Shown here in pieces: positions 38,273 to 51,311 of a DNA stretch of 64,000 nucleotides (its first letter is position 1; every line of letters begins with the position of its first letter). The position numbers and the translations under genes are program-made. The notes under the pieces are model-generated. The model had not been told where the DNA came from, searched no databases, and saw only the letters and a list, made by a program, of their open reading frames with translations. Source of the stretch: Octopus sinensis (lineage: Eukaryota); the NCBI RefSeq assembly GCF_006345805.1, contig NC_042999.1, positions 14,136,001 through 14,200,000 on the forward strand, given 5' to 3'.

Positions 38273-40175
38273 GCCAGTTTTGCTTAAATCTTTCAATTTG
38301 GTTACATTACGATATCCTAAAAAAGCATATATACAATATTTGTCTGGGAGAGTAAGTACATTTCTTTTCTTTCTTTTATTTTTTTGTCTGTTAGTCCTGA
38401 AAAAGACAATCATGTGATTTCAATATTAATGACTTTACAGCAGGTGCACTTTTAAAATCTACACTGATGAAGTTCAAAGGTACTTTTGGAGTTTGTGCTT
38501 TGCGTTTCATAGAGACATGGCTGTGAGGTGAAGACGTTTGTTTCTCAACCATGTGGTTTTGGGTTCAGTCCTATTGTGTGACATTTCAAGTAAAAGCTTT
38601 CAACTACAGTCTTGGGTTGACCAAAGCCTTGTAAGTGGATTTAGTTGATGGAAACTGAAAGAAGACTGTCATATATATATATATATATATTTATCAAAAG
38701 AAAAACAGGATGCAAAGGATTTATCGGTACATGTGTTTCTGGCTTTATTGGACAGTTTATATCAATGCATAATTGATGTAATATGTATGTCAATAGCCTT
38801 CCTCAGCTGTGCACAATTACCACACCAAAGACATGTATTACATTATAAGTTTGGGAAAAAGACGAGTTTCGTTGGGGATGCAAATCCTCATAGTTGTATA
38901 CAGCAGAGCGAGACACCAAAACAAAAACAAAACGTCCATACCATTTTTCACTCGATATGGAATGAGGAGGTTGGATGTTGAGATAAAGAGGGAAGGAGTG
39001 GAAGGGGGTGAATCTTTAATGAGTTTGGGATCACAAAGAGGAAAAATAGTAAGTGCAAAATGTATATATATATATATATATATATATAATATGTATGTGT
39101 GTGCATGTGTATGTGTGTGTGTATATATATATATACATATATACATAATTTGCCACTATTGGCCCAGCAACAGATTAGAAAGCGTATGTGTGCCATTGTT
39201 TTATCCTAAATTCCACACACTCTACATTTTGCTAATACCATTTTCCCATACACATATTTTCTCGAGTTTTTTTGTTTTTAACTCTTGATTTTGAGCTGCT
39301 AGTATAAGGCTCTCTGTTTGTTTTCTCAGTTGCCCTTTTTTCATCCAAGCCCAGGGTTTTGTTCCACTTACATCCTCAGGGGCTTTCTATGATCATGCAA
39401 CAGTTTCTCTTCAGTCTATTTAGCAAATTCTCTTTGAATTTCTATCTTGTTCTTTTCTCTTATTCCACACTTAATCACCGTTATGGCTTTTTACAGATAA
39501 CAACAGTGATGATTACATTCTGAGAGAGTGAGAGAGATACTTCTTGGAGTTTACAGTAAGCTATTGATATGGCAACATGCAGCTTGCCCAAAATAGCTGG
39601 AAACAATTGTGCTATACCAGTAATGACAAAGGTTCCTATCATCTATCTGTACCATTCACCGTAGCCACCTTCCTGGGTCATCTGGCTGGTAAAAATGCAT
39701 GCAAATGGTTTTTATAGGGGACCAGAAGTCAAATTCTAGAATGTTCAAGAAAACCTGTCCATACCATTGGTTTTATATTTTAATTAAAATGTTAAACTGC
39801 AAATTTAAAGATACATGATTTATGTTAAAACCTATTTTGATAAAGTAAGCTAATTAAGCTATTGGGTTCATATCTCGGAAATAGATTTTGTATTGTCTCT
39901 TTATTATAGTAGACCAATCACATGAAACTAAGGTGGTTTGCTTGTGATGTCTGACCATGTATTCAGGGCTACAGTTTTGGATCTCAGCTACAAATAAAAT
40001 GAGTTACCTCCACAGTCACACAACAAAAATAATGTTAGTACTGCTGAAAAACATGACAAACTCCAAGTAATCTAACTCTAGTTCTCTTTTGATTTTCTGG
40101 TAATGCTAGCATTCATCCTGTAAATATGTTGTCAGAAAGATAAGCATCACAACTCCCCATCAGTCAAGTTATTAA

Positions 40176-40695
40176 CCCTTTTATTATTATACTTCTGTTA
40201 AAATACACTGACTTTGTTTCAATTAATTTTTAAAATAATGAAGTATTTAGTGAAATATCATTGTCATTATTAATCATGTGTTTGAAACATATATTAATAT
40301 GAAATTTTGATGGAAGGTTTTAGCTTAGATCACTTGGAAACAGGAAATTTATTCTGGGGTGGTCACATGTAGATTGGCATCAAAAGAGTTAATCCTTTTG
40401 TTATCATTTTACTGTTGAAATACAGTGCTTCTGTTTCAATTAAATAATGAAAAATTTAGTAAAATAAGTTTATTATTATTAATCTGGTGCTTTGGAACAA
40501 CTGACGATGAATTTTTAGGGAAGGTTTTATTTTAGATCATCTTTAAAATAGGGAGTCTGTAATAAAGATCCAAAGGTGGCCTTGGGAGGTAATAAAGATC
40601 CAAGGGTAGCCTTGAGAGGTAATAAAGATCCAAGGGTGTCCTTGGGGGGTAATAAAGATCCAAGGGTGGCCTTGGGCAGGTTGGTGACAAAAGGA
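40176..40695. mobile_element. Two tandem piggyBac-like MITEs sharing a TTAA
   Basis: TTAA at 40172, 40389 and 40696; ends (c/t)cctttt...caaaag(a/g)(g/a). Decayed relatives at about 7110, 17330 and 18358. Confidence 0.7.
40561..40680. repeat. 4 x 30-bp minisatellite inside the MITE
   Basis: aataaagatccaa(a/g)ggt..cttg... at 40561, 40591, 40621 and 40651. Confidence 0.92.
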
Positions 40696-41607
40696 TTAAA
40701 ACTATGTCATTCTATGGTTGTCTGTAATAGATCAAAATAGCTGTGGTCATCATCGTCATCATCATCATTATTTAACGTCCGCTTTCCATGCTAGCATGGG
40801 TTGGACGATTTGACTGAGGTCTGGCAAACCAGACTCCAATCTGATCTGGCAGAGTTTCTACAGCTGGATGCCCTTCCTAATGCCAACTACTCCGAGAGTG
40901 TAGTGGGTGCTTTTACGTGCCACCAGCACGAGGGGCCAGTTAGGTAGTACTGGCAACGGCCACGCTCAAATGGTGCTTTTTACGTGCCACCTGCACAGGA
41001 GCCAGTCCAGTGGCACTGGCGACGACCTCGCTCGAATATTTCACGTGCCACCAGCACAAGTGCTAGTAAGGTGACGCAGTAATGATTAGATTATAACTGG
41101 CGCTCCATCATTTATGATGATGAGGGTTTCAGTTGATCCAAATGATGGGACAGCTTGCTTGTGAAATTAACATGCAAGTGGCTGAGCACTCCACAGACAT
41201 GTGTAACTCTTAACGTGGTCCTCAGGGAGATTCTGCATTATACAGAATGTGACAAGGCTGACATTTTGAATTACAGGTATGACTCATTTTTGCTAGCAGA
41301 GTGAACTGGAGCAATGTGAAATAAAAGTCTTGCTCAAGGAATTGAACTTGTGACCTTGTTATTGTGAGCCGTATACCCAAACCACTAAGCTATGCACCTT
41401 CACGTTAGATTGTCATAAAATAACATTCACTGATATGCTGGGTAAGAAGCCAAAATTCTAGACTAACCCTGAGCTTAAGACTTGCACAGGACACAGTATT
41501 CTGTTTCTTAATTGACAGTGTTCTATCACCATGGGAACCAAAAACTTTGAAGCTGCCAGAAGAGAAAAGGAAGAAATCAAATGACAGGAGAGAAAGGCTC
41601 AACAAAC

Positions 41608-41803
41608 CTTGTTCTTCACCAACATTGCTCTGCAGTCAATGCTATCGACTTTTCTATGCAAGAATTGATCTACAGAGTCATCAATGCCATCACCATAAAG
41701 GACGCGTTGAGCAAAGAAGAAAATAAATTCTTGGATATGAGATAAAGCTGACAAATGATTCAGCAGAGAATTAAAAGTTATCTGATCTATTGTTGTATAT
41801 GTA
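41608..41803 (-). CDS. Candidate coding exon (TYTTIDQITFNSLLNHLSALSHIQEFIFFFAQRVLYGDGIDDSVDQFLHRKVDSIDCRAMLVKNK)
   Basis: Acceptor cattctctcttacag, donor aag|gtttgt, 65 open codons, unique sequence. Confidence 0.55.
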
Positions 41804-42899
41804 CTGTAAGAGAGAATGATGCAAAAGTCTAGAAAGAGAATTATATAAAACTCCACAGAATTTACTGAAGTAAAAGGAAATTAGAAAAATTCTCAGTTCA
41901 TGGATTATAATGATCAACAGGGACAGTGGAGAACTTTGGATTTTTGTGTGGTTAAGAAGATCACTTAGCAATCAGAGGGTTTTGGGTTCAGTCCCACTAT
42001 GCAGCACCTATGGCAAGTGTCTTTGGCTATAGTCCTGGACTGACCAATGCCTTGTGAATGAATTTGGTAGGTTCAAACTGCAAGGAGGTCCATTGTACAC
42101 ACACACACACACACACACACAAATTGCAGGATTTGAGTCAAAATTTGAAAGACCTATTATCATGGATTAAACTTTTGAAAAGGGGCTGTGGCCATTGTCC
42201 CAGCAATCTCTCAAGAGATTCATGAGATTGGTGAAACCACTGAGGTTAGCATTTCTATTTAACAGTTGCAATTTAATAACTGTGGGAAACATATGCACAA
42301 GAAAGGAATCCCAGTGGACTGATGTCATGCCCTGGGGAAGAAGGACTGCTTATAATAGGTTAATACAGGCCTTGGGTGGGGGTTGGGACACCCAGTATTT
42401 GTGGCAAAAGGACAGACAAGTGAGTTGGAAGTTGCTTGAGCAGAGACAGCATGAGACAAGTCAGATGTGAGATGCAGAAACTATGATAATTGTGATAGAA
42501 AAGTAGAGAGAGGGGAGACGGCATGTCTGGAGGCTGGAACATGGAGTGTATTGGTATATTTAATGGACTAAATATTTAGGATGGCGAGTTCAGTTATCAT
42601 TCTTTCAAATCTTCTACAGACATTCCATTAAATTTCTAGGCTGAGTACTTACTGCATTTATTTGTGTGTAATGTGAGACATTTTATAGAAAACAACTGGG
42701 TCAAAATTGGTGAGGGTAACATTATCAAATATGATAAAAAGAAATTAAGATATTCTTTTATTCATTTATTTGTTTCAGTTCTTTGAATGCGGCCATGCTG
42801 GAGCACGACATTGAAGGCATTTAGTTGACTAGCTCTGTCAATGAGTCAAGCTGCGGAAACTTCTGTGTAACAAAAATGGCACCTACTCCTGCTTACCAT

Positions 42900-43445
42900 T
42901 AAGATAACACTGGAGATGTTGCAGCCTCAGTGTGTCTGTGCATCATTAGCCATGGCATGCCCAGTCCTCCATTCAGTGGCTATTGACAGCAAATCAACCG
43001 TCTGACAAATGGAACACATCCCTTCCACAGAAAGCAGAAGAGCAAGCACTCTAGCTTGATCAGCCACAAAGCAGGGCAAGGGGCGACTGTCAAGTGGTAG
43101 TAGATGACGGAATTGCTGTATGCATCCACTACCTCCAGCTGACCCTTCAGGGACAGTTTCCTTTCTGCCAATTTCTGGGTGAGATTGGATACTTTGCTCA
43201 TAACCTCTTCCTAGTTCTTGTCCACCTGAGCAATTTAACTGGTCTGTCCATCTAGTGTCCTACAATGCTGTTGATTGGCATAGACCTGCCTCTCCAGGTG
43301 CTGAGGTGCAGGCCCACTGATTTGTCCTGATTAATTTTTGCTGCTGTCACCACTTCATACTTTTTAAGGTAGTGGTGATCACCTTGATCTCCAAGCTGGC
43401 CAACACTATTACAGTGATGTTGTCTGCATAAGTGGACACAAACCA
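42900..43445 (-). pseudogene. Degenerate Tx1/L1-clade reverse transcriptase fragment
   Basis: YADNITVIV (YADD decayed), KINQDKSVGL, KLSLKG..EV, FLWKG, PLNGGLGMPWL. Confidence 0.8.
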
Positions 43446-44061
43446 TCTATTCTACTATAAGCACAAGGCCTGAAATTTTTGTGGAGAGGGCACTAGTTGA
43501 TTACACCAACTCCAGTACTCAACCAGTACTTATTTTATCGACCCCTGAAAGTATGAAAAGCAAATGCCACATTGGTAGAATTTGAACTCAGAATGTAATG
43601 TAGTCTGAAGTGTCGTTAAGCATTTCATCTAGCATGCTAATGATTCTGCCAGGAGTGGCTGTGTGCAAAGTAGCTTGCTTATGAACCACATGGTTCTGGG
43701 TTCAGTCTCACTGCATGGCACCTTGGGTAAGTGTCTTCTGCTATAGCCTCGAGCTGACCAAAACCTTGTGAGTGGATTTGGTAGATGGAAACTAAAAAAG
43801 TCCATCGTATATATGTATATATATGTATATGTATGTATGTGTATATGTTTCTGTGTCTGTGTTTGTCCTCCCAACATCACTTGACAACCGATGCTGGTGT
43901 GTTTATGTCCCCGTAACTTAGTGGTTTGGCAAAAGAGACCGATAGAATAAGTACTAGGCTTACAAAGAATAAGCCCTGGGGTCGATTTGCTCGACTAAAG
44001 GCGATGCTCCAGCATGGCCACAGTCAAATGACTGAAACAAATAAAAAAAGAGTATATCATC

Positions 44062-44380
44062 AGGAAAGAAAGAGAAAAGGTTGATAAATATGGAGAACTA
44101 AGAATTGAGATCGCTAAGACGTGGCAGCTCTGAGGTTATTCCTATTGTCATCAGAGCATTGGGTTCAATACTACCCAATCTGAAAAAAACATCTGAAAAC
44201 CTTAGAAATGCCCTACAATGTAGATGTATTGCAAAAGTTGGCATTATTTGGAACTGCACGCATATTGCATAAAGTACTGCCTATCTGAGATCCTTGTTGT
44301 GACTTGATAAATAATACAAACCCCCGGTAGACACAATATCTTCAATCAACAACCTCACGATATTGTATACTCTGCAACAT
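44062..44380 (+). mobile_element. Dong/R4-like RLE LINE 3' fragment followed by (AAT)n
   Basis: EKVDKYGELRIEIAK...VIPIVIRALG...LQKLALFGTARILHKVL. Confidence 0.75.
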
Positions 44381-44396
44381 CTATAATAACAACAAC

Positions 44397-44465
<69 letters not shown>

Positions 44466-44469
44466 AATA

Positions 44470-44521
<52 letters not shown>

Positions 44522-44544
44522 CAATGACGACGACAATGATGATA

Positions 44545-44795
44545 TTCAAGAAGGAAGGCAAAACGATAAATAGATACAACTCTCTTAAGTATGCAATAGC
44601 CTGGCTATGTAAAATGAAGAAGGTGAAGATAATGCCAATTATTGTTGGGTCCTTGGGAACAGTATCAGGAGGCATGAAGGGGAATATAAAGGAAATTGGA
44701 ATAGAGTGTTCTGTAGAACTGTTTACAAAAGGTTTGCCTCCTTGGCATGGCCAGAATAATCAGGAAAGCATTAGACAGCTGAAAAGAACAGATAT
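44545..44795 (+). mobile_element. Third Dong/R4-like RLE LINE family, 3' fragment
   Basis: KIMPIIVGSLGTVS...QKVCLLGMARIIRKALDS* (one frameshift). Confidence 0.75.
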
Positions 44796-44796
44796 G

Positions 44797-45960
44797 TTTC
44801 TTTATTAGCCACACAGGGCTGCACACAGATAGAACAAATTACAAGGTAGTGCTTTTCTTTTGAAGGTTTAAAAAAAAAAAAAAAAAAAAAGGAAGGGGGA
44901 GTTTCGATCAAAAGGGATCGTAAAAGGAGAGAAAGAGGACAAAAAAAAAGGGGGGGTTAAAAAAAAAAAAAAAAGGGGGAGAGGAAAAAAAAAATTGATC
45001 AATAGGGATCGTTATCACAGAAATGTCAATATGAAGTGTAAGGGGAGGACAGGTGAGGTTTACCCGTGGAAAGAAAAGCCTACGGAAAAGACCACGGTAA
45101 CCTCGGTCAATGAAGTCACATTTTATATTTCTTTTTTTTTTTTTTTTTTTTTTTGCAAATAAGCAACTCTCTGTTTTCGATTTCTGGGTTCATAGGACTA
45201 TGCTCAAGGTGGCTTCGTCATTCATACGTGCCATTCTTGCTACATTCACCCATCTTTTTTTAAAACATTCGCTAGACAAAACTTGCCTCTCTACTCTCAC
45301 TTTCCTTTTCAAGTGGTACTTGAAGAAGTTGATGAGAGATTGACCAGAGAGGAAAGTGTTTGTCTCCAATCCTTTCAGACGCGTCCACCAGATACATTCT
45401 TTCGCCATAGCCACAAGGATGATGAAAATAGCTCTTCCTTCCTGTTTGAAGGAAGGAGGCGTGACAATATTGACGATAGACTCAGCTGATAAACCGACTC
45501 GTCCCACACGTGACAGCAGTTGTTCGACATAAGCCCACAGGTCGGAAATTGTTGGACACTGAACGAGTGCGTGCAGAACGGTTTCGTCGCTCTGACCGCA
45601 TCTCGGGCAGGTCGGCCCCGTGTTTCTCGAGCCGTGTCTGTAGAGCTTATCCCGAACGGGTAGCGCTTCTCGGTAGCACTGCCAGGCCAGGGATCTCTGG
45701 AAGTTGTCCATGGGCCCTGGCCCGAAAGTCGTCCCGAACAGGCGGGTCAGGTACTCCTCGTCGACGTCCAGGTTCGCCCCGAGCTCGTCGTCGTACCTCC
45801 CCTCCACTAAACCCCTATAGAATGCTTTGGTTGTGTTGAAGTCACTTAAGGTCGACCCAGGACGGCAGAGTTGCTTGAGAGCAACGCGACACTCGCGGTG
45901 CCATTCGCCCTTCCTCGGCAACAGATAGCATGGTACCGTAGGCTGCATGTAGCAAGCCTG
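44797..45960 (-). mobile_element. Young 5'-truncated Tx1/L1-clade LINE (ORF2 C-terminus with zf-RVT, plus 3'UTR)
   Basis: Uninterrupted 252-aa ORF at 45190-45948 with LPVRDKL...CPRCGQSDETVLHALVQC; GC/CpG-rich; 3'UTR ends AATAAAGAAA. Confidence 0.9.
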
Positions 45961-46038
45961 CTATGCATACAAGATTCCAGGATTTCAAAAAAAAAAACCC
46001 TGTGATAAAGAAAAGTAATAATGATAATAATAATAATA

Positions 46039-46088
<50 letters not shown>

Positions 46089-46140
46089 AATAATAATAAT
46101 GCTCAATGTCACGTTGATGGCATGCACTGCTCTCTCACTC

Positions 46141-46212
<72 letters not shown>

Positions 46213-46750
46213 AATAATGATAATAATAATAATAATAACAACAACAATAATAAATTGAAATAAAATACAAAAATAAATATAAAAGCTCACTTCTGTGAGA
46301 CCAAAGGCTGAGTAGAGTAAAAGCAGAAATGACAGAGCCAAGTATAAATTTGACAGAATAAAAAAAAATGGTTGGGAAAAAAGAGAAAACGAAGATTCAG
46401 AAATTCAAATTATTCAGATTGGATTTACAATTGGTTTGTATAATAATGGATGCCAAGCAAGCTGCTTGTGAGAATAAATATTTCACTAAACAAGAATGCT
46501 GGATGCGATATTTTGAATACGTTAGATGTGTGACAGAATCTCATGTGTTTTGATATATAACACAGCATGCTCCATGGAAATTAGGCAAAAATAAATGAAT
46601 GCCAAAGGCATTTAAATATGACCTGAGTATAAATAAATAATCAATCAGATGTTTAAAGACCAGATTGGCATTCATTGATACTTTATTCTGAACTGCTGCG
46701 CATTCGTTTCTCTCTTGTCTACTTTTAATTTATTCTTATTGTTATTCTTA

Positions 46751-46799
<49 letters not shown>

Positions 46800-46959
46800 C
46801 ATCATTATGTTCAATTTTTGGCATTGAAGGGAATAATACAATGAAATTTTTTGCACCAGATGTCTCCAGGAACATCTGCAAGAAACATAAACTGAAACTG
46901 GTTATAAAAAGCCCAAAAGAAAATTTGAAGAAAGAAGAAATGAGGAAGATAGGTAGAGA

Positions 46960-46992
46960 GATAGATAGACAAATAGATAGACAGATACGTAG

Positions 46993-47056
<64 letters not shown>

Positions 47057-47155
47057 CTGTACATGCACACTCATAGACAGATGTACCAATAGATAGATAG
47101 ATAGATAGATAGATAGATGGATAGATAGATAGATGAAATAGATAGATAGATAGAG

Positions 47156-47242
<87 letters not shown>

Positions 47243-47246
47243 GATG

Positions 47247-47301
<55 letters not shown>

Positions 47302-47624
47302 GATAGATAGATAGATAAATTGATAGATAGATAGACAGATAGATAGAGAGATAGATAAATTGATAGATAGATAGGCAGATAGATAGAGAGAGAGAGTGAG
47401 AGTGAGAGAGAGATAAATTGATAGATAGATAGACAGACAGGCAGGCAGACAGACAGACAGACAGACAGATAGATAGAGAGATAGATAGATAGATAGACAG
47501 ATAAAGAGAGAGAGAGAAATAGACAGATAAATAAATAGATAGATGTACAGAGAGAAAAACAGATAGATAGATAGATGTGCAGAGAGAAAAATAGATAGAT
47601 GTACAGAGAGAAAGATAGATAAAT

Positions 47625-47666
<42 letters not shown>

Positions 47667-47760
47667 GGAGAGAGAGAAATAGATGGATAGATAGATAGAT
47701 GTATAGAGAGAAAGATAGATAAATAGATAGATAGATAGAGAGACAGATAGATAAGTGTGG
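46960..47760. repeat. ~800-bp (GATA)/(GACA)/(GA) microsatellite
   Basis: Direct reading. Confidence 0.95.
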
Positions 47761-48324
47761 GATGGCACAGAAGAAAAACAAGACAAGACATTTATATTAA
47801 CGAATGATGGATAGAAAAATAAACGTTTGAAATGAAAAGAGCTGAGTTTGAATTAAAGATTTGCATGAAAAAGCTTTGTGCATTATTGCAGCCTGACGTG
47901 AAAACGTAATGAAAAAGAGATCTACATTCAACAGTGTTAAGATAAGCAGCTGATATGCTGAATCCAGAAATAGTCTTGCTAAGAGTCCGACATGCAAATG
48001 GTGGCCTTGTGCCAACATAAAAGAAAAAAGAAAAAAAAAACACGATTATCTCTATATATTATGATGTTGTTGGTGTTGTTGGTTGTTGTTATTTAGCCTC
48101 AGGTCAACTTGCTTTATTTATTGGACTGTGGCCATGCTGGGGCATTGGGTTGAAGGGTTTAATTGAGTAAATCAATCTCAGTGCTTATTTTGCTTTTTTT
48201 TTAAAAAATCCTGTTACTTAATTTCTATTCGTTTCATTTGCTTGCTGAACTGCTAAGTCACAGGAATGTAAACAAACTGACACTGGTTGCCAAGCTATGG
48301 TGGGGGACAAGCACAAACACATGC

Positions 48325-48477
48325 ATGCATATGCACTCACACACACATACACGCACTCACATACACACACTCACACACACACACACTCACACACACACAC
48401 ACTCACACACATCCGCCCATCCACCCACTCACATACACACACACTCACACTCACACACATACACACTTACACTCACT

Positions 48478-48511
<34 letters not shown>

Positions 48512-48570
48512 GACACACACACACACACTCGCACGCGCACACACACACACACACACACTTACATAAGCAT
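48325..48570. repeat. (CA)n tract expanded inside a SINE B
   Basis: SINE B halves flank the tract. Confidence 0.9.
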
Positions 48571-49599
48571 ATACGTTGGGCTTATTTCAGTCTCTGTCTA
48601 CCCCTAACCCATTCACAAGGCTTTGGTCAGCCCAGAGCTAGCTATAGTAGAAGACATGTACTCAAGGTGCCGTGCAGTGGGACTGAACCAAAGACCTCTT
48701 AGTTGGGAAGTAAGCTTCTTAAAGCATCTATTTAAAAAAAATTTGTTTGGTTAAGGGAAAGAGGCTGAGCTTATTGCTTTCGCATTTGCTCTGAGACTGA
48801 TGAAATACATAACATATGAACTGGCTGAACCATTAACACATCAGACAAAATGCTTAGCAGTATTTCCTTTGCTTCTTTTTATTCTGAGTTCAAATCCTGT
48901 CAAGAGTCAACTATGCCTTTCACCTCTTAGGAGTTGGTAAAATAAAATACCAGTCAAGTACTGGGGTAAGTGTGATTGATTTGTCCCATTTCTCTCAAAA
49001 TTGCTGTCTTTGAACCTTGCAATGAACTGGTGTCCCTTTCAGAGAGAATGTTGGGATCTTGGTATATCATAGGAACTGGGTAATTGGCCATATGAACCAC
49101 GGGGGTCAAGAAAATTAATATTCAATTATATATATATATATATATATATATTTATGTGTGTGTGTGTGTATGTGTATATACTCTTTTACTCTCTCTTTTA
49201 CTTGTTTCAGTCATTTGACTGTGGGCATGCTGGAGCACCACCTTTTGTTGAGCACATCGAACCCTGGACTTATTCTTCGTAAGCCTAGTACTTATTCTAT
49301 TGGTCACTTTTGCTGAACTGCTAATTTACGGGGACGTAAACACACCAGCATTGGTTGTCAAATGATGTTGGGGGACAAACACAGACACACAAACATATAG
49401 ACACACACATGCATATATATATATATAATATATATATATATATATACATACATATGACGGGCTTCTTTCAGTTTCCGTCTACCAAATCCACTCACAAGGC
49501 TTTGGTTAGCCCGAGACTATAGTAGAAGACACTTGCCAAAGGTACCACGCAGTAGGACTGAACCCGGAACCATGTAGTTCATAAGCAAGCTACATACCA

Positions 49600-49613
49600 C
49601 ACAGCCGCTCCTA

Positions 49614-49669
<56 letters not shown>

Positions 49670-50165
49670 GGATAACATGTCAAAATGTTTATGCTTTTGT
49701 TCCATTATACATACATACAGTGTATGCCTATATGTAAGTATATATGTATGTATGTATGTATCTATGTATGAATGTATACAAACATACATGCACACATACA
49801 TACATACATGTATGTATGTGTGCATGCATGTATGTATGTATTTATGTATGTATGCATGAATCTGTTTATGTATGCATGTATGTATGCTTGCATGCATGCA
49901 TGTATGTATGTATATTTGTATGCATGTATGTTTGTATATATGTTTGTATGTATGCATGCACGTATGTATGCAAGTATGCATGTATGTATGTATGCATGTT
50001 TGTATGCATGTACGTATGTATGTTTATATCTTTCTATGTATGTTTGTATGTACACATTAAATAGTACAGCCTTTAAATATATATACATATACATATATAC
50101 AAAAACATACATACATACATACATACATACATACATACATACATACATGTATGTGTGCGTGTGTA
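49600..50165. repeat. (TA)/(TATG)/(TGCA) microsatellite
   Basis: Direct reading. Confidence 0.95.
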
Positions 50166-50398
50166 TAGGGCTGTACTATTTAATGTGCACCTCCTTTACA
50201 TTTCCTATTATGATGATAGGAGGACTGTTCATAACATCATGTCGAGTACCACTTGGAGGCACTCTTCATTAACTAAAACCCATTCTCTTATTTCCGATCG
50301 ATGGTTAGAATTTTTATCAATTATAATTGTGTAAGATACTCGTCCGAGGATGTCTTAGAGAATTATATCTCGGAGGGGAAAATGAGTTTAAAACTCAC

Positions 50399-51142
50399 AG
50401 TGTTTCCGTATAACTAAGGAATTACATTTATTTTCAATTCGACTTTAGCCAAAGGATAAACATTTTCTAATTAAAAATGTCAACGTGTTTGACGTTCGAA
50501 GAGTGGGAAGAGGAAGCCATTAGAGATGTGGTTGCCGTAACGCCGAAGCCATCGTCTGCTTAGGAAAATTTGTAGAAATTTTTTTTTATAAATGAATGAT
50601 TGAATTATTTAATAAAAGACAAAGAAACTTTTACTTTTTCATAAGATTTTTCAGTGAATAATAACAATAAATGTGTCGGTGTCAATTCTAAAAACAGCAG
50701 TTAAAGTACAGTGCAAGACATCATTTAGGCAGAACCACCATAAACAAAGGCAACAAACCGTCACCATCTACAACAGCAAGAGTCAAAACAACACCAACAA
50801 CATTGATAACAAAAAGGAAAACACGAAGGAAATTAATGTAATGGACGGTGGAAAAGGTAGAAAAAAACTAACGTCAATAAAACTCGCAATAAAAGGTTGA
50901 ATTTGTGGGCAATAAAAGTCAAACGAAATAAGTGATGCCATCTTCAACATCAACAATGAAGAAGCAGAAACAAACAACAATTGCGCTAATAATAGTAATG
51001 AACATAGCAACAAGATGAAGAAGAACATATCAGTAATGTCAATAATAACATATACGACATCAACATTAAGAAAAGAAGCCGTTTTGTCTGAGCTACCGAG
51101 GACCGGGCCTGAATATTCCACTTCAGTTTACAAAGATGAAAG
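50399..51142. promoter_or_regulatory. Putative bidirectional promoter with divergent first exons
   Basis: Unique CpG-retaining DNA bounded by outward-facing consensus donors: minus act|gtgagt at 50398 and plus aag|gtaagt at 51143. Confidence 0.4.
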
Positions 51143-51182
51143 GTAAGTGAAACTTTAAAATAGTGTCCTGGGATGGGTAATG

Positions 51183-51265
51183 GGTGATCTTTCGGTACAA
51201 GTACCATAACTGCCAAGTCTGTTTGTTTACATTTGAAGAAGATCGTCACTTTCCGTAAAGGGTTT

Positions 51266-51311
<46 letters not shown>

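Noticed and set aside
38177-38413. Minus-strand 78-aa ORF
   Set aside because: In codon register antisense to candidate exon E, which has the much stronger acceptor; probably a shadow ORF.
46811-47791. 326-, 294- and 236-aa YLSI-repeat ORFs
   Set aside because: Translations of (TATC)n.
50673-51142. Asn-rich coding exon
   Set aside because: Two in-frame stops (50898 and 50913); treated as a probable 5'UTR exon instead.
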